Shown: positions 58,365 to 64,000 of the stretch, in pieces | How the letters are laid out: each line of letters starts with the position of its first letter | Position numbering within the stretch: position 1 is the stretch's first letter | Assembly (NCBI GenBank): GCA_016182875.1 | Contig: JACPFQ010000010.1 | Span: 1,268 to 65,267, forward strand | From: Candidatus Doudnabacteria bacterium | Lineage (GTDB): Bacteria > Patescibacteriota > Doudnabacteria > UBA920 > O2-02-FULL-48-8 | Length of the DNA stretch: 64,000 nt | Reading direction: 5' to 3' | Notes under the pieces: model-generated | What the model was told of the DNA's origin: nothing | The model's database searches: none | The model's input: the letters and a program-made list of their open reading frames with translations, nothing else | Translations under genes and position numbers: made by a program

Positions 58365-61300
58365 TTATTTAATCACGAAGTTAATCAGTTTATCAGGCAC
58401 AAAAATTTCTTTGACGATTTTTTTGCCCTCCAGGTGCCTGTTCACGTTTTCGCCTGCCAAAGCTTTTTCTTTCACTTCCTGCTGAGAAGTGCCAGCAGGC
58501 ATTTCCAAAGTCGCTCGGACCTTGCCGAGCACCTGCACTACGAAGGTCACCTTCGTATCCTGGGCAAGCTTGGGATCAAATTTGGGCCATTCCTTCAAAT
58601 GAATCGAGTCTTTGTGACCTAGCTGGTGCCAAAGCTCTTCGGTCAGATGCGGCGCAAAGGGTGCTAAGAGTTTCAAAAATTCTTGCCATTCTTCTTTTGT
58701 TACGAAATCAACTTCAATCCTATTTTCATCTTCGCTAACCTTCCAAACCTCATTCAAATAAATCATCATCTGACTAATGGCTGTATTGAACCTAAAACCC
58801 TCGATATCTTGTGTTACTTTTTTGATAGTTTTGTGCAGTAGATTCTTTTTTTCAACCCTAGGCAAATCTTTGGATATTTCTTGATATCTTAATACTCTAT
58901 CCAAGAATCTCTTAATACCCATAATCCCTTTGTCATTCCAACTAACCGTGTCACCATGCGGGCCCAAAAACATTTCATACATGCGCAGAGCATCCGCGCC
59001 GAATTTTTCAATAATCTCATCGGGATTCACCACATTGCCCCGACTTTTGCTCATCTTTTCTCCATCGGGACCTAAAACAATCCCGTGCGGCACGCGCTTG
59101 GTGAACGGCTCCTTGGCTGTCACATGGCCTTGGTCATACAGAAACAAATTCCAGAAGCGCGAATAAAGCAAGTGCAGAGTGGTATGTTCCATGCCGCCGA
59201 AATAAACATCTACTGGCGTCCAGCGCTTCAATAATTTCTTACCAGCCATTTCTTTTTTATTATCTGGGTCCGCATAACGCAGCCAATACCAAGAACTGCC
59301 CGCCCATTGGGGCATGGTGTTCGTCTCTCTTTTAGCGGGGCCACCACAATTCGGACATTTCACATTCACCCACTCATCAATCGCGGCCAATGGCGACTCG
59401 CCGGTTCCTGTCGGCTCATAGTCTTTTACTTCAGGCAATGTCACCGGCAAGTCTTCTTCGGGCACAGGCACTGTTCCACAATTTTGGCAATGAATCAGCG
59501 GAATCGGCTCGCCCCAATAGCGTTGACGGGAAAATACCCAATCGCGGAGCTTGTACTGCACTTTCGGTTGCCCGAAATCCTTGGCTATTTTTTTTCTTGC
59601 TTCTTCTGTACTCATCCCGTCATATCCGTCAGAATTTATCAAAAGCCCTTCGCCGGTAAATAACTCCCCCTCACCCCCTCTTATATTAAGAGGGGGTTCC
59701 TCTGCAGTTTCACCTCCCCTTAAATTAAGGGGAGGCTGGGAGGGGTTATTGATCACGGTTCTTATCGGCAGTTTATATTGCTTAGCAAATTCAAAATCGC
59801 GCTCATCGTGGGCGGGTACAGCCATGATAGCGCCCGTGCCGTATCCCATAAGCACATAGTCCGCGACCCAGATTGGAATCTCCTCTTTGGTCGCAGGATT
59901 AACAGCGTAAGAACCTAAAAATATTCCGGTTTTTTCTTTTTCTACTGCGGCCCGCTGCATATCTGTTTTCTTTTTCGCATTTTCTATATATTTTTTAACT
60001 TCCGCCCAATTCTTGATTTGAGATTTAAGATTTGAGATTAATGGATGTTCTGGAGCCAAAACTAAAAATGTCGCCCCGGGCAAAGTATCAACTCTCGTAG
60101 TGAATACTGCAATACGTGACAGTATTATAGTAAGCAACTCAGGCTCTTGTTCATCTAAGAAATGAGGTTTGGCTGCGGCCGCTTTAATTAGATTGACACC
60201 AAGCTTTGCAGCATATGATTCTCCGTCTGACATCGCAACAACGTAATCTGTGGTATCTGATATAACTTTGAAGAAACCGCAATTCTTTATTACAGCTGCA
60301 AAATCAAAACCTTTTTTTGCCGCAGCTGTGACAGTCGGACGATTTTTACCATCCATAAACTTCCCAGTAAAAGGTGTTGCAACCAAAATTGCCCCTGCCA
60401 ATCTCGCGCCTCGTTCAAGCAAACGAAGCGCTACGATACCGCCGAACGAATGGCCAATAACTACGGTGTGTTCATCCAGGTTGCAATGCTGTTGTATAAA
60501 ATCTGCACACTCGTCATCCTTCGGCTCCTCCCCGCCGGGCATTTGAGGCGACTGAACTTCAAATCCTTTACTCTCCAACTTTTTCTTTAACCAAGTATAA
60601 AAATGATCTTTTGGTCTGCTTCCCCGACCATGCAAAATAATAAATTTCCTGATTCCTTTTTGCGCTATTGGAAATTCTATTTCAGCCCCCTCACTTTTAC
60701 CTATCCAGTTTTCCTGCTGGAGTTTCACTGGCTCCGGCCATTCTTTAAGTTCTTTCAGGCCTTCCAGCAACTTTTCGGCATATGCCGTAATTTTAAGATA
60801 CCACTGCCGCAGTTCTTTTTTCTCAACCACGGTGCCGCAGCGCTCGCAGCGGCCGTCGATGACCTCTTCGTTGGCAAGGCCGGTTTTATCTTTGGGGCAC
60901 CAGTTAATAAGTCCGGTCGCTTCGTAAGCCAATCCGGCTTTGTAGAATTGCAAAAAAATCCACTGCGTCCATTTGAAGTAATCTGGGTCCGTGGTATTGA
61001 TTTCCCGCGACCAGTCAAAGCTTATACCCCAGTTTTGCAGCTGTTTTTTGGCATTGGCAATATTTTTGGCCGTCGAAACGCGCGGATGAACTTTGTTTTT
61101 AATCGCGAAATTTTCCGCAGGCAAGCCAAAAGCGTCCCAGCCAATTGGGTACAGAACCTCGCAACCCTTCATGCGAAAATAACGGCTGTATGTATCCCCG
61201 GCTGTGTACGGCCGCAAATGCCCCATATGCAAACCTTCGCCGGAAGGATACGGAAACTCAATCAGCACGTACTTCTTCGGCTTTTTGCCGGCATCGGAAG

Positions 61301-61373
61301 CCTGGTAGGTTTTTTCTTTCTCCCAGGCATTCTGCCATTTTTTTTCTATCGCTTTGTGATCGTATTTGGTCAT
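58365..61373 (-). CDS. leuS: leucyl-tRNA synthetase with inserted alpha/beta serine-hydrolase (YdeN/RBBP9-like) domain and in-frame palindromic insert
   Basis: HMGH (GLHMGHL), CP1 start VFTTRVDTLPGATF, KMSKS (EKMSKSRGN). About 190 extra aa (ILHGRGSRP...GHSFGG) lie between the NWIGKSEGAEIEF and VFTTR motifs. Confidence 0.9.
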   Translation of the reverse strand: MTKYDHKAIEKKWQNAWEKEKTYQASDAGKKPKKYVLIEFPYPSGEGLHMGHLRPYTAGDTYSRYFRMKGCEVLYPIGWDAFGLPAENFAIKNKVHPRVSTAKNIANAKKQLQNWGISFDWSREINTTDPDYFKWTQWIFLQFYKAGLAYEATGLINWCPKDKTGLANEEVIDGRCERCGTVVEKKELRQWYLKITAYAEKLLEGLKELKEWPEPVKLQQENWIGKSEGAEIEFPIAQKGIRKFIILHGRGSRPKDHFYTWLKKKLESKGFEVQSPQMPGGEEPKDDECADFIQQHCNLDEHTVVIGHSFGGIVALRLLERGARLAGAILVATPFTGKFMDGKNRPTVTAAAKKGFDFAAVIKNCGFFKVISDTTDYVVAMSDGESYAAKLGVNLIKAAAAKPHFLDEQEPELLTIILSRIAVFTTRVDTLPGATFLVLAPEHPLISNLKSQIKNWAEVKKYIENAKKKTDMQRAAVEKEKTGIFLGSYAVNPATKEEIPIWVADYVLMGYGTGAIMAVPAHDERDFEFAKQYKLPIRTVINNPSQPPLNLRGGETAEEPPLNIRGGEGELFTGEGLLINSDGYDGMSTEEARKKIAKDFGQPKVQYKLRDWVFSRQRYWGEPIPLIHCQNCGTVPVPEEDLPVTLPEVKDYEPTGTGESPLAAIDEWVNVKCPNCGGPAKRETNTMPQWAGSSWYWLRYADPDNKKEMAGKKLLKRWTPVDVYFGGMEHTTLHLLYSRFWNLFLYDQGHVTAKEPFTKRVPHGIVLGPDGEKMSKSRGNVVNPDEIIEKFGADALRMYEMFLGPHGDTVSWNDKGIMGIKRFLDRVLRYQEISKDLPRVEKKNLLHKTIKKVTQDIEGFRFNTAISQMMIYLNEVWKVSEDENRIEVDFVTKEEWQEFLKLLAPFAPHLTEELWHQLGHKDSIHLKEWPKFDPKLAQDTKVTFVVQVLGKVRATLEMPAGTSQQEVKEKALAGENVNRHLEGKKIVKEIFVPDKLINFVIK
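59664..59745. repeat. GC-rich double-hairpin element translated in-frame within leuS (PPLNLRGGETAEEPPLNIRGGEGE)
   Basis: ccccctctta-tatt-aagaggggg and cctcccctta-aatt-aaggggagg. Confidence 0.65.
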
Positions 61374-62155
61374 GTAATCCGATTTTTTTTCAAAATCGGG
61401 TAAAGCTGTTTGTAAATAACCGGCCTGGCCGCGATGAACCCTTTGTCTTTTATGCTCCATGGTTGGCCTTGGAAATTGGTCACTTTTACCCCTGCCTCCT
61501 TCATAATAAGGTATCCGGGCGCTGTATCCCAAATGTAAAAATTACGCCAGAACATCAGATCGAGCCGCCCGGCAGCGACGTAGCATTCGTTGAGAATAAT
61601 AGCCGGCGGCCGCACCAAAGCTATTTCATGGTCAAAAAAGGCGCGATGCGCACGCAGCGACAGCTCCCTGCGCTTGCGAAACGGAAGTTCATAAGTAAAC
61701 AAGAAACTGCCTGAAGTCTGCCAAAGTTTGTTTCGTACGACCGGCTTTATTTTTTTTCCATTGAGGTAAGCGCCGCTGTTTTTTTTGGCAAAAAACAATT
61801 CGTCATGATTGGGGTCATAGACCGCGGCCAATATCACTTCCTTGTCCATCAAAAGCGCTATCGCCGTGCAAAAGAAAGGTATGCCGTGGGCAAAGGCGTT
61901 GGTCCCGTCCAATGGGTCGACAATCCAAGTATAGCCCTTGCCGATTTTGTCTTTTGAGAATTTTTCCTCTGTGACTATGCCATGGCTTGGGAACCGAGCT
62001 TTGATCTTATTTATTATAAAATTATTGGCTGCCAAATCCGCGGCAGTAAGCAGATCCTTGCGATGCGTCTTGGTTTTGAAGGATTTGATCTTGCGAAACT
62101 TGGAAAGCGCTATTTTCCCTCCGGCCTTGGCTAGTTTTTGTATGAATTGGTCCAT
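61370..62155 (-). CDS. suhB: inositol monophosphatase family protein
   Basis: Contains WIVDPLDGTNAF...; 261 aa. Confidence 0.75.
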   Translation of the reverse strand: MDQFIQKLAKAGGKIALSKFRKIKSFKTKTHRKDLLTAADLAANNFIINKIKARFPSHGIVTEEKFSKDKIGKGYTWIVDPLDGTNAFAHGIPFFCTAIALLMDKEVILAAVYDPNHDELFFAKKNSGAYLNGKKIKPVVRNKLWQTSGSFLFTYELPFRKRRELSLRAHRAFFDHEIALVRPPAIILNECYVAAGRLDLMFWRNFYIWDTAPGYLIMKEAGVKVTNFQGQPWSIKDKGFIAARPVIYKQLYPILKKNRIT

Positions 62156-62157
62156 GA

Positions 62158-62973
62158 CTAGACTTTAAATAATCTCTTAGCGTTCTCAAATGTCTTTTCG
62201 GCCGCCTCTTCCAGACTAATCCCCCTCACCTGCGCGATCTTTTCGACCACATATCGAACATAGCTCGGCTCGTTCCTTTTGCCGCGATACGGCGGCGGAG
62301 TCAAATAAGGCGCATCGGTTTCCGTAAGCAGACGGTCAAGCGGGGTCTTTTGGGCAACTTCAGCCAGCCTTCCGGTTTTGTCAAAGGTCAAAATTCCGTT
62401 TAGAGCGATGTAAAATCCCTCATCCAAAAATTTCTTGGCTGTCTCCCAGGTATCCGTAAAAGAGTGAATGACTGCGGGCATGCCGGCGTATTCAGCCTTC
62501 AAAATCTGGAGCAAATCTTCATAAGCGTCCCGGCAATGCACGATTAATGCCAAATTATTTTTCCTTGCAAACGCAATTTGCGCAATGAACACGGCTTTTT
62601 GTTTTTTTATTGCTTTTTCTTTATTGTCTTCCGGAAGCCTAAAATAATCCAGTCCGCATTCACCCACGGCCACCACTGCCTTACTGTACAGTAAGGCAGT
62701 GTACTCAGATTCGTTGAATTCTTCCTGCCGACTTTTGAAATGGCTTTCTTCCTCATCCAGCATCTGCTGCCAGGTGTGAACGGGGTGAAGACCAATTGCG
62801 GCATATACGCCTTCAGAATATTTTGAGGCAAGCTCAACCGCGGCCGTTGAGGTATCCTGTTGTGTACCAACATTTATGAGCCATGTATCACAAGCCAAGG
62901 CGCGTTTGATTACCTCATTCGCATCGCTTTTAAAGGCAGAAAAATTTACATGAGTATGCGTATCAAAAAACAT
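62158..62973 (-). CDS. tatD: TatD-family metal-dependent hydrolase/DNase
   Basis: Start MFFDTHTHVNF...; 271 aa. Confidence 0.8.
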   Translation of the reverse strand: MFFDTHTHVNFSAFKSDANEVIKRALACDTWLINVGTQQDTSTAAVELASKYSEGVYAAIGLHPVHTWQQMLDEEESHFKSRQEEFNESEYTALLYSKAVVAVGECGLDYFRLPEDNKEKAIKKQKAVFIAQIAFARKNNLALIVHCRDAYEDLLQILKAEYAGMPAVIHSFTDTWETAKKFLDEGFYIALNGILTFDKTGRLAEVAQKTPLDRLLTETDAPYLTPPPYRGKRNEPSYVRYVVEKIAQVRGISLEEAAEKTFENAKRLFKV

Positions 62974-62999
62974 TTTTTGTCCTCTATTACAGCGCAGTA

Positions 63000-63389
63000 T
63001 TATAGCATTGCAGCACGCCGCGAGCTTGGCATAGGTCTTGGTTTAACCAGCCAGCTTTTATTTTTACGGCTCTTTTCACCACTCACCAACCTGTCAATAA
63101 CCAGCTTATAACCATCACCGAATGCATCGTTCCAATTACTTATCTTGGCAATAGTTGAATCAGTAACTTTAAGAGTATTCTTTATAATGGCATAACTACA
63201 ACCTTCGTTGAGCATTTTTACGATCTCCAAGCGTTTCGACAGCATCTGAAGTTCCGTCCTAGTCAAAATGTCGTGGAGAAATTTATGAACCTCGTCTTTG
63301 GTTTCCAATAGTGTAAAGGCGCGCCAAAGCTGGTCAATCAGGAGTGACAGTTGCTCACGAGGAAGTTTTATTCTTGAAATCTTGGTCAT
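63000..63389 (-). CDS. TrpR-like YerC/YecD family DNA-binding protein
   Basis: Contains LTRTELQMLSKRLEIVKML..GCSYAIIKNTLKVTDSTIAKIS. Confidence 0.5.
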   Translation of the reverse strand: MTKISRIKLPREQLSLLIDQLWRAFTLLETKDEVHKFLHDILTRTELQMLSKRLEIVKMLNEGCSYAIIKNTLKVTDSTIAKISNWNDAFGDGYKLVIDRLVSGEKSRKNKSWLVKPRPMPSSRRAAML

Positions 63390-63423
63390 ACTTTAATACG
63401 GCGCAGTATTATAGTATCATAAC

Positions 63424-64000
63424 TTAATCGATTTTTGGAAATAAAGGGGCCGAAGGTTTTGTTATTTTCTCTTGCTCAAGTGCTTCGCGTATTTTGTTCG
63501 CGGCATCCGGCATAATCGGCGAAAGCTTGAGCGCCAGCTCAGAAAGCACGGCCACAAGGTTAATCAAAAGCTCCTTAACCTTCTTCGGTTCGGTTTTATG
63601 CAGTTCCCAAGGCTTGGCTTTATCTATCAAGCCGTCAGCCCAGGCAACGGTTTCCCAGGCCACTTCGAGGCCATGGCTGAAATCAAGGTTATAAAAAGCT
63701 TCGGAAACCTCTGACAAGTCCCTTGGCGATTTCGTAAGCTCCACATCGCCATCCAGAAATTTTTCCACCATATTCGTAATACGGGAAAAAAGATTGCCCA
63801 AGCCATTGGCTAAATCCGAATTATACCGGCTCTTAAGCTTCTCCTCGCTGACATCGCCGTCCTCGCCGAACGGCACTTCGCGAAGAAGAAAATATCGCAC
63901 GGCGTCTGCGCCGTACTTAGCGACCCAATCATTGGGGTCAATGACGTTGCCAATGGTTTTGCTTATCTTTTGTCCGGCAACCGTGAAAAAACCATTGGCA
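63424..64000 (-). CDS. metG: methionyl-tRNA synthetase, C-terminal portion (gene continues beyond window)
   Basis: Contains YFLLREVPFGEDGD..LANGLGNL. Upstream in frame is GQKISKTIGNVIDP, a KMSKS-region equivalent. Confidence 0.8.
   Translation of the reverse strand, partial: ANGFFTVAGQKISKTIGNVIDPNDWVAKYGADAVRYFLLREVPFGEDGDVSEEKLKSRYNSDLANGLGNLFSRITNMVEKFLDGDVELTKSPRDLSEVSEAFYNLDFSHGLEVAWETVAWADGLIDKAKPWELHKTEPKKVKELLINLVAVLSELALKLSPIMPDAANKIREALEQEKITKPSAPLFPKID

Noticed and set aside
1-64000. CRISPR array / cas genes
   Set aside because: No run of regularly spaced direct repeats with unique spacers; the repeat families found are palindromic, dispersed singletons.
1-64000. Stop-codon reassignment (UGA→Gly/Trp) as in some CPR lineages
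   Set aside because: TGA terminates many well-conserved genes at the expected length, for example rplC and the ATGA junctions. No in-frame TGA is needed inside conserved domains.

Overview
The window is a 64-kb minus-strand-dominated contig that looks like a Patescibacteria/CPR-type bacterium. The evidence is an S5 gene directly followed by L15 with no L30, a Zn-type S14, an L24 with a C-terminal Zn ribbon, and many tiny intergenic spacers with ATGA overlaps; this assignment is inference.

Content by region:
- 1-4.7 kb: galT-like, ruvX/yqgF, htrA, map, a divergent adk paralog and adk.
- 4.7-5.4 kb: an unknown GC-richer gene driven by a consensus sigma70 promoter with an overlapping palindrome.
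- 5.7-17.1 kb: the spc/S10 ribosomal-protein operons (secY, L15, S5, L18, L6, S8, S14, L5, L24, L14, S17, L29, L16, S3, L22, S19, L2, L23, L4, L3, S10). A glycerophosphodiester phosphodiesterase gene sits between rplC and rplD.
- 17.4-24.0 kb: tuf, then a ~2.3-kb GC-rich island of small tightly coupled plus-strand ORFs, then fusA, rpsG and rpsL.
- 24.8-30.3 kb: an M50 protease, rpmB, an RnfD/FNR-like oxidoreductase, a MASE1-GGDEF-EAL protein, mscL and an AbrB-like gene.
- 30.5-44.9 kb, the most notable system: a ~14-kb co-directional cluster. One stand-alone PPDK_N/ATP-grasp nucleotide-binding protein is followed, with ATGA overlap, by six paralogous proteins of ~420-500 aa. Each has a novel variable N-terminal domain of ~320-400 aa fused to a C-terminal PEP-utilising phosphohistidine swivel domain. 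This is a rifampin-phosphotransferase-like AD|RD-HD architecture, but split and multiplied. The cluster also holds two HAD hydrolases, a Nudix hydrolase, an alpha/beta hydrolase, an RHG-motif protein, a VapBC pair and a degenerate seventh paralog remnant.
- 45.0-48.9 kb: riboflavin kinase and a nucleotidyltransferase, PRODH flanked by a 74-bp direct repeat, an aminotransferase, an IMPase-like gene and a GIY-YIG gene.
- 48.9-53.0 kb: tRNA-Pro(GGG), a second GC-rich island with a tRNA-like gene, a four-helix-bundle gene, parB, a tRNA 3' fragment and tRNA-Leu(CAA).
- 53.0-64.0 kb: uppP, glyA, an MFS transporter, a fused 2H-phosphoesterase/TsaC ORF, a membrane protein, leuS, suhB, tatD, yerC and partial metG.

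leuS carries an inserted YdeN/RBBP9-like serine-hydrolase domain before the CP1 editing domain, plus an in-frame GC-rich palindromic insert.

Several repeat families are present: a 115-nt three-hairpin element (3 copies in r-protein operon spacers, with compensatory changes), GC-rich 'ccctctcc...ggagaggg' hairpin elements (4 copies, 2 in-frame in genes) and a 'tactgcaatacg' palindrome.

No CRISPR array and no rRNA were found. All domain calls rest on motif recognition by eye, without database searches.
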